Assembly (NCBI RefSeq): GCF_022846255.1
Contig: NZ_AP025682.1
Source of the DNA: Escherichia coli
GTDB taxonomy: Bacteria; Pseudomonadota; Gammaproteobacteria; Enterobacterales; Enterobacteriaceae
Length of the DNA: 64,000 nt
Strand: one strand, 5' to 3'
This document shows positions 43,689 through 54,417 of the stretch, one piece after another (position 1 is the first letter of the stretch; every line of letters begins with the position of its first letter). The translations under genes and the position numbers were made by a program. The notes under the pieces are model-generated. The model searched no databases and was not told the origin of the DNA. It saw only the letters and a program-made list of their open reading frames with translations.

Positions 43689-43910
43689 ATGAAAATTATC
43701 ACCCGTGGTGAAGCCATGCGTATTCACCAACAGCATCCTGCATCCCGTCTTTTTCCGTTCTGTACCGGTAAGTACCGCTGGCACGGCAGCGCTGAAGCGT
43801 ATACCGGTCGTGAAGTGCAGGATATTCCCGGCGTTCTTGCCGTGTTTGCTGAACGCCGTAAGGACAGTTTTGGCCCGTATGTCCGGCTGATGAGCGTCAC
43901 TCTGAACTGA
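43689..43910 (+). CDS. DUF987 protein (YeeT-like)
   Basis: 73 aa, MKIITRGEAMRIHQQHP... Confidence 0.6.
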   Translation: MKIITRGEAMRIHQQHPASRLFPFCTGKYRWHGSAEAYTGREVQDIPGVLAVFAERRKDSFGPYVRLMSVTLN

Positions 43911-43989
43911 GTCAGGAAGGGCATTCAGAAGAGCAGAATTATCGCCACCACCGGACCATTCTTAACCAATTTTCTGTGAGGATTTTATT

Positions 43990-44358
43990 GTGTCAGACAC
44001 ATTCTCCGGGACAACGCATCCCGATGACAATCACGACCGCCCCTGGTGGGGGCTGCCCTGTACCGTGACACCTTGTTTTGGCGCCCGTCTGGTGCAGGAG
44101 GGTAACCGGTTGCATTACCTTGCCGACCGCGCCGATATCAGAGGCCGGTTCAGCGACGCGGATGCGTACCATCTGGACCAGGCCTTTCCGCTGCTGATGA
44201 AACAACTGGAGCTCATGCTCACCAGCGGTGAACTGAATCCCCGCCATCAGCATACCGTCACGCTGTATGCAAAAGGGCTGACCTGCGAAGCCGACACCCT
44301 CGGCAGTTGTGGCTACGTTTATATGGCTGTTTATCCGACGCCCGAAACGAAAAAGTAA
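43990..44358 (+). CDS. Type IV antitoxin, CbeA/YeeU family
   Basis: MSDTFSGTTHPDDNHDRPWWGLPCTVTPCFGARLVQEGNRLHYLADRA... near-identical to recalled YeeU/CbeA. Confidence 0.85.
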   Translation: MSDTFSGTTHPDDNHDRPWWGLPCTVTPCFGARLVQEGNRLHYLADRADIRGRFSDADAYHLDQAFPLLMKQLELMLTSGELNPRHQHTVTLYAKGLTCEADTLGSCGYVYMAVYPTPETKK

Positions 44359-44447
44359 ACCACCGGAATAATCGTCTGTTCCGGCCTGGTGCTTTCACCA
44401 CGCCACTTTTCCATTTTTCATCTCTGCATATCAGGAAAATCTTCAGT

Positions 44448-44825
44448 ATGAAAACATTACCTGTATTACCCGGGCAGGCGGCCAGTTCACGCCCGTCTCC
44501 GGTTGAAATCTGGCAGACACTGCTCACCCGACTGCTGGACCAGCATTACGGCCTTACGCTGAATGACACACCGTTCGCTGATGAACGTGTGATTGAGCAG
44601 CATATTGAGACAGGCATTTCACTGTGCGATGCGGTGAACTTTCTCGTTGAAAAATACACACTGGTACGTACCGACCAGCCAGGATTCAGCGCCTGTACCC
44701 GTTCTCAGTTAATAAACAGTATTGATATCCTCCGGGCCCGCCGGGCAACCGGCCTGATGGCCCGCGACAATTACAGAACGGTAAATAACATTACCCTGGG
44801 TAAACATCCGGGGGCGAAACAATGA
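44448..44825 (+). CDS. Type IV toxin, CbtA/YeeV family
   Basis: MKTLPVLPGQAASSRPSPVEIWQTLLTRLLDQHYGLTLNDTPFADE...; ATG at 44448; follows the antitoxin. Confidence 0.85.
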   Translation: MKTLPVLPGQAASSRPSPVEIWQTLLTRLLDQHYGLTLNDTPFADERVIEQHIETGISLCDAVNFLVEKYTLVRTDQPGFSACTRSQLINSIDILRARRATGLMARDNYRTVNNITLGKHPGAKQ

Positions 44826-45310
44826 AACTGGCCCTGACGCTGGAAGCCGACAGCATTAACGTGCAGGCACTGAACATGGGGCGCATTGTCGTTGACGTCG
44901 ATGGTGTTACTCTCGCTTAACTGATTAACGTGGTCTGCGATAACGGTTACTCCCTTCGTGTTGTTGATGAATCTGACCGGACATCAGCAGAGCGCACGCC
45001 ACCATCTGCGGCCCTTACCGGCATACGCTGCAGTACCGCGCATATCACGGCAAAGGACAACGCCTGGCTGTACTCGCTGTCACATCAGACGAATGGCACC
45101 GGCGAATCAGAATGGATTCATTTTACAGGTAGCGGATATCTGTTACGTACCGGTGCGTGGTCGTACCCGGTTCTGCGGCTTAAACGCCTGGGGCTGTCCA
45201 GAACGTTCCGCCGTCTGGTTGTCACACTCATCCGGCGTTATGGCGTCAGTCTCATTCATCTGGATGCCAGTGCCGGATGTCTGCCGGGTTTACCCACTTT
45301 CGACTGGTAA
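44822..45310 (+). pseudogene. YeeW-like gene remnant (multiple frames)
   Basis: Short ORF MKLALTLEADSINVQALNMGRIVVDVDGVTLA* followed by out-of-frame fragments. Confidence 0.4.
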
Positions 45311-45326
45311 TCCGGAAATTCACAAC

Positions 45327-45524
45327 ATGAAATCATTAACCACGGAAACCGCACTGGATATTCTGATTGCGTGGCTGCAGGACAATATCGACTGCGAATC
45401 GGGAATTATCTTTGACAACGATGAGGATAGAACGGATTCGGCAGCACTGTTGCCCTGTATCGAACAGGCCAGGGAGGATATCCGTATCCTGCGCCAGTTG
45501 CAGCTTCTGCAACAGAACCGGTGA
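45327..45524 (+). CDS. Small hypothetical protein (65 aa)
   Basis: ATG-initiated ORF MKSLTTETALDILIAWLQDNIDCESGIIF... followed by a terminator hairpin. Confidence 0.4.
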   Translation: MKSLTTETALDILIAWLQDNIDCESGIIFDNDEDRTDSAALLPCIEQAREDIRILRQLQLLQQNR

Positions 45525-45563
45525 GTCTTACTCACCAGACTTCATTCCACTGACGCCAGCCTG

Positions 45564-45592
45564 AACAGGGCTGGCGTTTTCATTTATCTGCA
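45564..45592 (+). terminator. Rho-independent terminator
   Basis: cgccagcc-tgaacag-ggctggcg followed by tttt. Confidence 0.55.
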
Positions 45593-45608
45593 AAAAGGAA
45601 TATCGATT

Positions 45609-46451
45609 ATGTCTGAAATCACAGCCCCCCGTCCGGAAGTGGTCAACGGGCATACGGACGTTATCTGCTCAACCAGTATCCGCCACATTCTGGCTGTACG
45701 AAAGAGTACGCTGCTGCAAATCGACACACTTACCCGGCAACTGGCTGAAATCTCAGCAATGACAGAAAGCATTGGCGGTAAAACCGCACTGGACTGGGCG
45801 ATGAAACAGGATTTTCGCTGCGGCTGCTGGCTCATGGAGAAAACTGAAACGGCAATGAAAGCCATCACCCGAAACCTTGACCGTGAAATCTGGCGTGACC
45901 TGATGCAACGCTCCGGGATGCTGTCATTAATGGATGCGCAGACCCGTGATACATGGTACCGGTCACTGGAGTACAATAATTTTCCGGAAATCAGTGAAGC
46001 GAACATTCTGAGCACATTTGAACAACTGCACCAGAATAAGGATGAGGTGTTTGAGCGAGGGGTGATCAACGTCTTCAGGGGACTGAGCTGGGATTACAAA
46101 ACCAACTCACCCTGTAAATTTGGCAGTAAAATTATCGTCAACAACCTGGTGAGGTGGGACCGGTGGGGGTTTCATCTTATCACCGGGCAACAGACTGACC
46201 GACTCGTCGACCTGGAAAGAATGCTACATCTGTTCAGCGGCAAACCGATCCCCGACAACCGGGAAAACATCACTATTCGTCTGGATGGTCACATCCAGTC
46301 CGTTCAGGGTAAAGAGCGCTATGAAGACGAGATGTTCATCATTAAATACTTTAAGAAGGGATCTGCACACATCACTTTCAAAAGGCTGGAACTGATTGAC
46401 AGAATTAACGATATAATAGCCAGGTACTTTCCTTCTGTGCTCTCAGCCTGA
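45609..46451 (+). CDS. Hypothetical 280-aa protein at the right end of the island
   Basis: ATG ORF with moderate GC; no motif recognised. Confidence 0.5.
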   Translation: MSEITAPRPEVVNGHTDVICSTSIRHILAVRKSTLLQIDTLTRQLAEISAMTESIGGKTALDWAMKQDFRCGCWLMEKTETAMKAITRNLDREIWRDLMQRSGMLSLMDAQTRDTWYRSLEYNNFPEISEANILSTFEQLHQNKDEVFERGVINVFRGLSWDYKTNSPCKFGSKIIVNNLVRWDRWGFHLITGQQTDRLVDLERMLHLFSGKPIPDNRENITIRLDGHIQSVQGKERYEDEMFIIKYFKKGSAHITFKRLELIDRINDIIARYFPSVLSA

Positions 46452-46561
46452 TCCCGAGTGTGATTCCCTTTCGATATCAAAAGGGACTGCGGGTATAATT
46501 GAGGGTACATTTTTAATCAAACCAAACAAATTGTATTAATATCAATATGATAAAAGAAATT

Positions 46562-46700
46562 TTCGATTCCGAGTCCGGCACCAAATTCATATAAACGGAC
46601 CTCCACGGAGGTCCGTTTTTCGTTTCAGGACGCCACGATTTAAGCGTCCTGCCGCCAAATCAATTCTACCGAACTCAACCAGATTCTCCCCACATCACCA
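46562..46700 (+). repeat. Right copy (attR-like) of the tRNA-Phe 3' end plus downstream sequence, including a duplicate terminator hairpin
   Basis: ttcgattccgagtccggcaccaaattcat...; about 140 bp roughly 90 percent identical to 3439-3585. Confidence 0.8.
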
Positions 46701-46933
46701 GCAATTTACGGGCATATTCCAATTCGGGAAAATTTGTTTCTGAGCTATAGCGCTGACTGACGTGAAATGTCGTGCGGCCCCGTGATGCTGTTGAACGTCA
46801 AATGACGTCATCAGGAGCGTAACGCACCCATAAAGCACAACATCGGGCAGAACGCCAACTGATGAGATTTTCTGAATAAGAACAAAGAGAAATGTATCAG
46901 TCCGTTTGCTCATGCAAAGACTAACAATCCATT
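46701..46933 (+). pseudogene. Integrase remnant (promoter region fused to the 3' end of a P4-type int)
   Basis: Nucleotide similarity to 3586-3660 and to the int 3' end around 4700-4924 (gatgctgttgaacgtcaaatgacgtcatcaggagcgtaa vs gatgcagtggaacgtcagatgagtcatcaggagcgtaa); no intact ORF. Confidence 0.6.
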
Positions 46934-47199
46934 AAAATAGTAAGCGCTCCGGACAATTTTTCATGGATTATTTTCTGAACATTTTTCTTTGGCAAAGATG
47001 ATGAATTTTGATGGTAAGGAAAATTACTTCTGGTTCTCAGTAAAATCCTTTCGTAATACTATGTAATCAAGAAGTTTATGGCGGGTAAAAATAACGTCCT
47101 ACATTCACCAATAATATGTAAATAAACCCATCTATAGATGGAAAAAATAGGTTATGGCAATTATCATTGCATCATTCCCTTTTCGAATGAGTTTCTATT

Positions 47200-48738
47200 A
47201 TGCAACAACCTGTAGTTCGCGTTGGCGAATGGCTTGTTACTCCGTCCATAAACCAAATTAGCCGCAATGGGCGTCAACTTACCCTTGAGCCGAGATTAAT
47301 CGATCTTCTGGTTTTCTTTGCTCAACACAGTGGCGAAGTACTTAGCAGGGATGAACTTATCGATAATGTCTGGAAGAGAAGTATTGTCACCAATCACGTT
47401 GTGACGCAGAGTATCTCAGAACTACGTAAGTCATTAAAAGATAATGATGAAGATAGTCCTGTCTATATCGCTACTGTACCAAAGCGCGGCTATAAATTAA
47501 TGGTGCCGGTTATCTGGTACAGCGAAGAAGAGGGAGAGGAAATAATGCTATCTTCGCCTCCCCCTATACCAGAGGCGGTTCCTGCCACAGATTCTCCCTC
47601 CCACAGTCTTAACATTCAAAACACCACAACGCCACCTGAACAATCCCCAGTTAAAAGCAAACGATTCACTACCTTTTGGGTATGGTTTTTTTTCCTGTTG
47701 TCGTTAGGTATCTGTGTCGCACTGGTAGCGTTTTCAAGTCTTGAAACACGTCTTCCTATGAGTAAATCGCGCATTTTGCTCAATCCACGCGATATTGACA
47801 TTAATATGGTTAATAAGAGTTGTAACAGCTGGAGTTCTCCGTATCAGCTCTCTTACGCGATAGGCGTGGGTGATTTGGTGGCGACATCACTTAACACCTT
47901 CTCCACCTTTATGGTGCATGACAAAATCAACTACAACATTGATGAACCGAGCAGTTCCGGTAAAACATTATCTATTGCGTTTGTTAATCAGCGCCAATAC
48001 CGTGCTCAACAATGCTTTATGTCGGTAAAATTGGTAGACAATGCAGATGGTTCAACCATGCTGGATAAACGTTATGTCATCACTAACGGTAATCAGCTGG
48101 CGATTCAAAATGATTTGCTCCAGAGTTTATCAAAAGCGTTAAACCAACCGTGGCCACAACGAATGCAGGAGATGCTCCAGCAAATTTTGCCGCATCGTGG
48201 TGCGTTATTAACTAATTTTTATCAGGCACATGATTATTTACTGCATGGTGATGATAAATCATTGGATCGTGCCAGTGAATTATTAGGTGAGATTGTTCAA
48301 TCATCCCCAGAATTTACCTACGCGAGAGCAGAAAAAGCATTAGTTGATATCGTGCGCCATTCTCAACATCCTTTAGACGAAAAACAATTAGCAGCACTGA
48401 ACACAGAAATAGATAACATTGTTACACTACCGGAATTGAACAACTTGTCCATTATATATCAAATAAAAGCGGTCAGTGCCCTGGTAAAAGGTAAAACAGA
48501 TGAGTCTTATCAGGCGATAAATACTGGCATTGATCTTGAAATGTCCTGGCTAAATTATGTGTTGCTTGGCAAGGTTTATGAAATGAAGGGGATGAACCGG
48601 GAAGCAGCTGATGCATATCTCACCGCCTTTAATTTACGCCCAGGGGCAAACACCCTTTACTGGATTGAAAATGGTATATTCCAGACTTCTGTTCCTTATG
48701 TTGTACCTTATCTCGACAAATTTCTCGCTTCAGAATAA
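47200..48738 (+). CDS. cadC: Transcriptional activator CadC (ToxR-like membrane regulator)
   Basis: 512 aa, MQQPVVRVGEWLVTPSINQISRNGRQLTLEPRLIDLLVFF... Confidence 0.95.
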   Translation: MQQPVVRVGEWLVTPSINQISRNGRQLTLEPRLIDLLVFFAQHSGEVLSRDELIDNVWKRSIVTNHVVTQSISELRKSLKDNDEDSPVYIATVPKRGYKLMVPVIWYSEEEGEEIMLSSPPPIPEAVPATDSPSHSLNIQNTTTPPEQSPVKSKRFTTFWVWFFFLLSLGICVALVAFSSLETRLPMSKSRILLNPRDIDINMVNKSCNSWSSPYQLSYAIGVGDLVATSLNTFSTFMVHDKINYNIDEPSSSGKTLSIAFVNQRQYRAQQCFMSVKLVDNADGSTMLDKRYVITNGNQLAIQNDLLQSLSKALNQPWPQRMQEMLQQILPHRGALLTNFYQAHDYLLHGDDKSLDRASELLGEIVQSSPEFTYARAEKALVDIVRHSQHPLDEKQLAALNTEIDNIVTLPELNNLSIIYQIKAVSALVKGKTDESYQAINTGIDLEMSWLNYVLLGKVYEMKGMNREAADAYLTAFNLRPGANTLYWIENGIFQTSVPYVVPYLDKFLASE

Positions 48739-48859
48739 GTAACTCCCGGGTTGATTCATGCTCGGGAATATTTGTTGTTGAGTTTTTGTATGTTCCCGTT
48801 GGTATAATATGTTGCGGCAATTTATTTGCCGCATAATTTTTATTACATAAATTTAACCA

Positions 48860-49090
48860 GAAGATGTCACATAACACATTGTAAATATTGAATGTTTATC
48901 TTTTCATGATATCAACTTGCGATCCTGATGTGTTAATAAAAAACCTCAAGTTCTCACTTACAGAAACTTTTGTGTTATTTCACCTAATCTTTAGGATTAA
49001 TCCTTTTTTCGTGAGTAATCTTAGCGCCAGTTTGGTCTGGTCAGGAAATAGTTATACATCATGACCCGGACTCCAAATTCAAAAATGAAA
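48860..49090 (+). promoter_or_regulatory. cadBA promoter region (approximate; expected CadC binding sites)
   Basis: AT-rich intergenic region between cadC and cadB; placed from established cad operon architecture, individual sites not resolved. Confidence 0.4.
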
Positions 49091-49103
49091 TTAGGAGAAG
49101 AGC

Positions 49104-50438
49104 ATGAGTTCTGCCAAGAAGATCGGGCTATTTGCCTGTACCGGTGTTGTTGCCGGTAATATGATGGGGAGCGGTATTGCATTATTACCTGCGAACCTAG
49201 CAAGTATCGGTGGTATTGCTATCTGGGGTTGGATTATCTCTATTATTGGTGCAATGTCGCTGGCATATGTATATGCCCGACTGGCAACAAAAAACCCGCA
49301 ACAAGGTGGCCCAATTGCGTATGCCGGAGAAATTTCTCCTGCATTTGGTTTTCAGACAGGTGTTCTTTATTACCATGCTAACTGGATTGGTAACCTGGCA
49401 ATTGGTATTACCGCTGTATCTTATCTTTCCACCTTCTTCCCAGTATTAAATGATCCTGTTCCGGCGGGTATCGCCTGTATTGCTATCGTCTGGGTATTTA
49501 CCTTTGTAAATATGCTCGGCGGTACCTGGGTAAGCCGTTTAACCACTATTGGTCTGGTGCTGGTTCTTATTCCTGTGGTGATGACTGCTATTGTTGGCTG
49601 GCATTGGTTTGATGCAGCAACTTATGCAGCTAACTGGAATACTGCGGATACCACTGATGGTCATGCGATCATTAAAAGTATTCTGCTCTGCCTGTGGGCC
49701 TTCGTGGGTGTTGAATCCGCAGCAGTAAGTACTGGTATGGTTAAAAACCCGAAACGTACCGTTCCGCTGGCAACCATGCTGGGTACTGGTTTAGCAGGTA
49801 TTGTTTACATCGCTGCGACTCAGGTGCTTTCCGGTATGTATCCGTCTTCTGTAATGGCGGCTTCCGGTGCTCCATTTGCAATCAGTGCTTCAACTATCCT
49901 CGGTAACTGGGCTGCGCCGCTGGTTTCTGCATTCACCGCCTTTGCGTGCCTGACTTCTCTGGGCTCCTGGATGATGTTGGTAGGCCAGGCAGGTGTACGT
50001 GCCGCTAACGACGGTAACTTCCCGAAAGTTTATGGTGAAGTCGACAGCAACGGTATTCCGAAAAAAGGTCTGCTGCTGGCTGCAGTGAAAATGACTGCCC
50101 TGATGATCCTCATCACTCTGATGAACTCTGCCGGTGGTAAAGCATCTGACCTGTTCGGTGAACTGACCGGTATCGCAGTACTGCTGACTATGCTGCCGTA
50201 CTTCTACTCTTGCGTTGACCTGATTCGTTTTGAAGGCGTTAACATCCGCAACTTTGTCAGCCTGATCTGCTCTGTACTGGGTTGCGTGTTCTGCTTCATC
50301 GCGCTGATGGGCGCAAGCTCCTTCGAGCTGGCAGGTACCTTCATCGTCAGCCTGATTATCCTGATGTTCTACGCTCGCAAAATGCACGAGCGCCAGAGCC
50401 ACTCAATGGATAACCACACAGCGTCTAACGCACATTAA
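49104..50438 (+). CDS. cadB: Lysine/cadaverine antiporter CadB
   Basis: 444-aa APC-family transporter, MSSAKKIGLFACTGVVAGNMMGSGIALLP... Confidence 0.95.
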   Translation: MSSAKKIGLFACTGVVAGNMMGSGIALLPANLASIGGIAIWGWIISIIGAMSLAYVYARLATKNPQQGGPIAYAGEISPAFGFQTGVLYYHANWIGNLAIGITAVSYLSTFFPVLNDPVPAGIACIAIVWVFTFVNMLGGTWVSRLTTIGLVLVLIPVVMTAIVGWHWFDAATYAANWNTADTTDGHAIIKSILLCLWAFVGVESAAVSTGMVKNPKRTVPLATMLGTGLAGIVYIAATQVLSGMYPSSVMAASGAPFAISASTILGNWAAPLVSAFTAFACLTSLGSWMMLVGQAGVRAANDGNFPKVYGEVDSNGIPKKGLLLAAVKMTALMILITLMNSAGGKASDLFGELTGIAVLLTMLPYFYSCVDLIRFEGVNIRNFVSLICSVLGCVFCFIALMGASSFELAGTFIVSLIILMFYARKMHERQSHSMDNHTASNAH

Positions 50439-50517
50439 TTAAAAGTATTTTCCGAGGCTCCTCCTTTCATTTTGTCCCATGTGTTGGGAGGGGCCTTTTT
50501 TACCTGGAGATATGACT

Positions 50518-52665
50518 ATGAACGTTATTGCAATATTGAATCACATGGGGGTTTATTTTAAAGAAGAACCCATCCGTGAACTTCATCGCGCGCTTGAACG
50601 TCTGAACTTCCAGATTGTTTACCCGAACGACCGTGACGACTTATTAAAACTGATCGAAAACAATGCGCGTCTGTGCGGCGTTATTTTTGACTGGGATAAA
50701 TATAATCTCGAGCTGTGCGAAGAAATTAGCAAAATGAACGAGAACCTGCCGTTGTACGCGTTCGCTAATACGTATTCCACTCTCGATGTAAGCCTGAATG
50801 ACCTGCGTTTACAGATTAGCTTCTTTGAATATGCGCTGGGTGCTGCTGATGATATTGCTAACAAGATCAAGCAGACCACTGACGAATATATCAACACTAT
50901 TCTGCCTCCGCTGACCAAAGCACTGTTTAAATATGTTCGTGAAGGTAAATATACTTTCTGTACTCCTGGTCACATGGGTGGTACTGCATTCCAGAAAAGC
51001 CCGGTAGGTAGCCTGTTCTATGATTTCTTTGGTCCGAACACCATGAAATCTGATATTTCCATTTCAGTATCTGAATTGGGTTCTCTGCTGGATCACAGTG
51101 GTCCACACAAAGAAGCAGAACAGTATATCGCTCGCGTCTTTAACGCAGACCGCAGCTACATGGTGACCAACGGTACTTCCACTGCGAACAAAATTGTTGG
51201 TATGTACTCTGCTCCGGCAGGCAGCACCATTCTGATTGACCGTAACTGCCACAAATCGCTGACCCACCTGATGATGATGAGCGATGTTACGCCAATCTAT
51301 TTCCGCCCGACCCGTAACGCTTACGGTATTCTTGGTGGTATCCCACAGAGTGAATTCCAGCACGCTACCATTGCTAAGCGCGTGAAAGAAACACCAAACG
51401 CAACCTGGCCGGTACATGCTGTAATTACCAACTCTACCTATGATGGTCTGCTGTACAACACCGACTTCATCAAGAAAACACTGGATGTGAAATCCATCCA
51501 CTTTGACTCCGCGTGGGTGCCTTACACCAACTTCTCACCGATTTACGAAGGTAAATGCGGTATGAGCGGTGGCCGTGTAGAAGGGAAAGTGATTTACGAA
51601 ACCCAGTCTACTCACAAACTGCTGGCGGCGTTCTCTCAGGCTTCCATGATCCACGTTAAAGGTGACGTAAACGAAGAAACCTTTAACGAAGCCTACATGA
51701 TGCACACCACCACCTCTCCGCACTACGGTATCGTGGCGTCCACTGAAACCGCTGCGGCGATGATGAAAGGCAATGCAGGTAAACGTCTGATCAATGGTTC
51801 CATTGAACGTGCGATCAAATTCCGTAAAGAGATCAAACGTCTGAGAACGGAATCTGATGGCTGGTTCTTTGATGTATGGCAGCCGGATCATATCGATACG
51901 ACTGAATGCTGGCCGCTGCGTTCTGACAGCACCTGGCACGGCTTCAAAAACATCGATAACGAGCACATGTATCTTGACCCGATCAAAGTCACCCTGCTGA
52001 CTCCGGGGATGGAAAAAGACGGCACCATGAGCGACTTTGGTATTCCGGCCAGCATCGTGGCGAAATACCTCGACGAACATGGCATCGTTGTTGAGAAAAC
52101 CGGTCCGTATAACCTGCTGTTCCTGTTCAGCATCGGTATCGATAAGACCAAAGCACTGAGCCTGCTGCGTGCTCTGACTGACTTCAAACGTGCGTTCGAT
52201 CTGAACCTGCGTGTGAAAAACATGCTGCCGTCTCTGTATCGTGAAGATCCTGAATTCTATGAAAACATGCGTATTCAGGAACTGGCTCAGAATATCCACA
52301 AACTGATTGTTCACCACAATCTGCCGGATCTGATGTATCGCGCATTTGAAGTTCTGCCGACTATGGTAATGACTCCGTATGCTGCGTTCCAGAAAGAGCT
52401 GCACGGTATGACCGAAGAAGTTTACCTCGACGAAATGGTAGGTCGTATTAACGCCAATATGATCCTTCCGTATCCGCCGGGAGTTCCTCTGGTAATGCCG
52501 GGTGAAATGATCACCGAAGAAAGCCGTCCGGTTCTGGAGTTCCTGCAGATGCTGTGTGAAATCGGCGCTCACTATCCGGGCTTTGAAACCGATATTCACG
52601 GTGCATACCGTCAGGCTGATGGCCGCTATACCGTTAAAGTATTGAAAGAAGAAAGCAAAAAATAA
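50518..52665 (+). CDS. cadA: Inducible lysine decarboxylase CadA
   Basis: 715 aa starting MNVIAILNHMGVYFKEEPIRELH; ATG at 50518. Confidence 0.95.
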   Translation: MNVIAILNHMGVYFKEEPIRELHRALERLNFQIVYPNDRDDLLKLIENNARLCGVIFDWDKYNLELCEEISKMNENLPLYAFANTYSTLDVSLNDLRLQISFFEYALGAADDIANKIKQTTDEYINTILPPLTKALFKYVREGKYTFCTPGHMGGTAFQKSPVGSLFYDFFGPNTMKSDISISVSELGSLLDHSGPHKEAEQYIARVFNADRSYMVTNGTSTANKIVGMYSAPAGSTILIDRNCHKSLTHLMMMSDVTPIYFRPTRNAYGILGGIPQSEFQHATIAKRVKETPNATWPVHAVITNSTYDGLLYNTDFIKKTLDVKSIHFDSAWVPYTNFSPIYEGKCGMSGGRVEGKVIYETQSTHKLLAAFSQASMIHVKGDVNEETFNEAYMMHTTTSPHYGIVASTETAAAMMKGNAGKRLINGSIERAIKFRKEIKRLRTESDGWFFDVWQPDHIDTTECWPLRSDSTWHGFKNIDNEHMYLDPIKVTLLTPGMEKDGTMSDFGIPASIVAKYLDEHGIVVEKTGPYNLLFLFSIGIDKTKALSLLRALTDFKRAFDLNLRVKNMLPSLYREDPEFYENMRIQELAQNIHKLIVHHNLPDLMYRAFEVLPTMVMTPYAAFQKELHGMTEEVYLDEMVGRINANMILPYPPGVPLVMPGEMITEESRPVLEFLQMLCEIGAHYPGFETDIHGAYRQADGRYTVKVLKEESKK

Positions 52666-52677
52666 TTAGCTCGTACA

Positions 52678-52706
52678 AGGGAAGTGGCTTGCCACTTCCC
52701 TTTTTT
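52678..52706 (+). terminator. Rho-independent terminator after cadA
   Basis: gggaagtgg-cttg-ccacttccc followed by tttttt. Confidence 0.7.
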
Positions 52707-52723
52707 GCTCATAAGGAGAACAC

Positions 52724-54181
52724 ATGAAAACACCCTCACAGCCGCGCGCGATATACTATATCGTGGCGATCCAAATCTGGGAGTACTTCAGTTTTTACGG
52801 CATGCGTGCCTTACTCATTCTCTATCTCACCCATCAGCTTGGTTTTGATGATAACCATGCCATCAGCCTGTTCAGCGCATATGCTTCTCTGGTTTACGTT
52901 ACCCCTATTCTCGGCGGCTGGCTTGCCGACCGCCTGCTCGGCAACCGCACTGCAGTGATTGCCGGCGCGCTGTTAATGACCCTTGGCCATGTGGTGCTGG
53001 GCATTGATACAAATTCAACCTTTAGCCTGTATCTGGCGCTGGCAATCATTATTTGTGGCTACGGTTTATTCAAATCAAACATCAGCTGTTTGCTTGGCGA
53101 GCTCTACGACGAGAACGATCATCGACGTGATGGCGGTTTTTCGCTGCTATATGCTGCGGGCAATATCGGTTCTATCGCCGCGCCCATCGCCTGCGGCCTG
53201 GCTGCTCAGTGGTATGGATGGCATGTTGGCTTTGCCCTTGCGGGAGGCGGCATGTTTATCGGTTTGTTGATTTTCTTAAGTGGTCATCGTCATTTCCAGT
53301 CCACGCGTAGTATGGATAAAAAAGCGCTCACTAGCGTCAAATTTGCCTTACCAGTATGGAGCTGGTTAGTGGTGATGCTCTGTTTAGCCCCAGTATTTTT
53401 TACCCTGCTGCTGGAGAACGACTGGTCCGGATATTTGCTGGCGATCGTTTGCCTCATTGCCGCACAAATCATTGCCCGCATGATGATCAAATTCCCCGAA
53501 CACCGCCGTGCTCTTTGGCAAATTGTATTGTTGATGTTTGTCGGGACGTTGTTCTGGGTACTGGCACAACAGGGCGGCAGTACCATCAGCTTGTTTATCG
53601 ATCGCTTTGTGAATCGTCAGGCATTCAATATTGAAGTACCTACAGCACTATTCCAGTCGGTGAATGCCATTGCGGTGATGCTCGCTGGGGTTGTTCTGGC
53701 CTGGCTGGCGTCGCCAGAAAGCCGCGGCAATTCAGCATTGCGCGTCTGGCTGAAGTTTGCCTTTGGCTTACTGCTGATGGCTTGTGGCTTTATGTTGCTG
53801 GCATTTGATGCCCGACATGCAGCGGCTGGCGGTCAAGCGTCAATGGGCGTGATGATATCCGGGCTGGCGCTAATGGGCTTTGCTGAACTCTTTATTGACC
53901 CGGTGGCGATTGCGCAAATCACGCGTCTGAAAATGTCTGGCGTATTAACTGGTATTTATATGCTGGCAACAGGCGCAGTCGCCAACTGGCTGGCAGGCGT
54001 CGTGGCACAGCAGACGACAGAGTCGCAAATTAGCGGTATGGCAATTGCCGCTTACCAGCGATTCTTTTCTCAGATGGGAGAGTGGACGTTGGCTTGTGTC
54101 GCGATCATCGTGGTATTGGCCTTTGCTACCCGTTTTCTGTTTAGCACGCCGACGAATATGATACAGGAGAGCAACGATTAA
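52724..54181 (+). CDS. dtpC: Dipeptide/tripeptide permease DtpC (YjdL)
   Basis: 485-aa POT-family transporter, [35 protein letters not shown]... Confidence 0.95.
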   Translation: MKTPSQPRAIYYIVAIQIWEYFSFYGMRALLILYLTHQLGFDDNHAISLFSAYASLVYVTPILGGWLADRLLGNRTAVIAGALLMTLGHVVLGIDTNSTFSLYLALAIIICGYGLFKSNISCLLGELYDENDHRRDGGFSLLYAAGNIGSIAAPIACGLAAQWYGWHVGFALAGGGMFIGLLIFLSGHRHFQSTRSMDKKALTSVKFALPVWSWLVVMLCLAPVFFTLLLENDWSGYLLAIVCLIAAQIIARMMIKFPEHRRALWQIVLLMFVGTLFWVLAQQGGSTISLFIDRFVNRQAFNIEVPTALFQSVNAIAVMLAGVVLAWLASPESRGNSALRVWLKFAFGLLLMACGFMLLAFDARHAAAGGQASMGVMISGLALMGFAELFIDPVAIAQITRLKMSGVLTGIYMLATGAVANWLAGVVAQQTTESQISGMAIAAYQRFFSQMGEWTLACVAIIVVLAFATRFLFSTPTNMIQESND

Positions 54182-54417
54182 CTGTCGTAAAAACAATTGG
54201 TTATGAATAAATTAACTTTCAGTTTATCACACTAGCAAATCGAGATTAATAAGTCATTTAAACCATTTTTATGGTTATTTATTAGTGATATCAACTTGAG
54301 GTAAACGTTAGTTTCGATAAGATAAACTGAGTTATTAATAGTCGAGGCAGATAATACAGTGTACCGATCTGTCTCTTTATCTACGCTAAATTGAAAGCTG
54401 GATTTAGAGGAACCAAA

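Noticed and set aside
51535..52599. 354-aa minus-strand ORF
   Set aside because: Lies entirely antisense within cadA; typical long antisense frame in a GC-balanced gene, with no start context or motifs.
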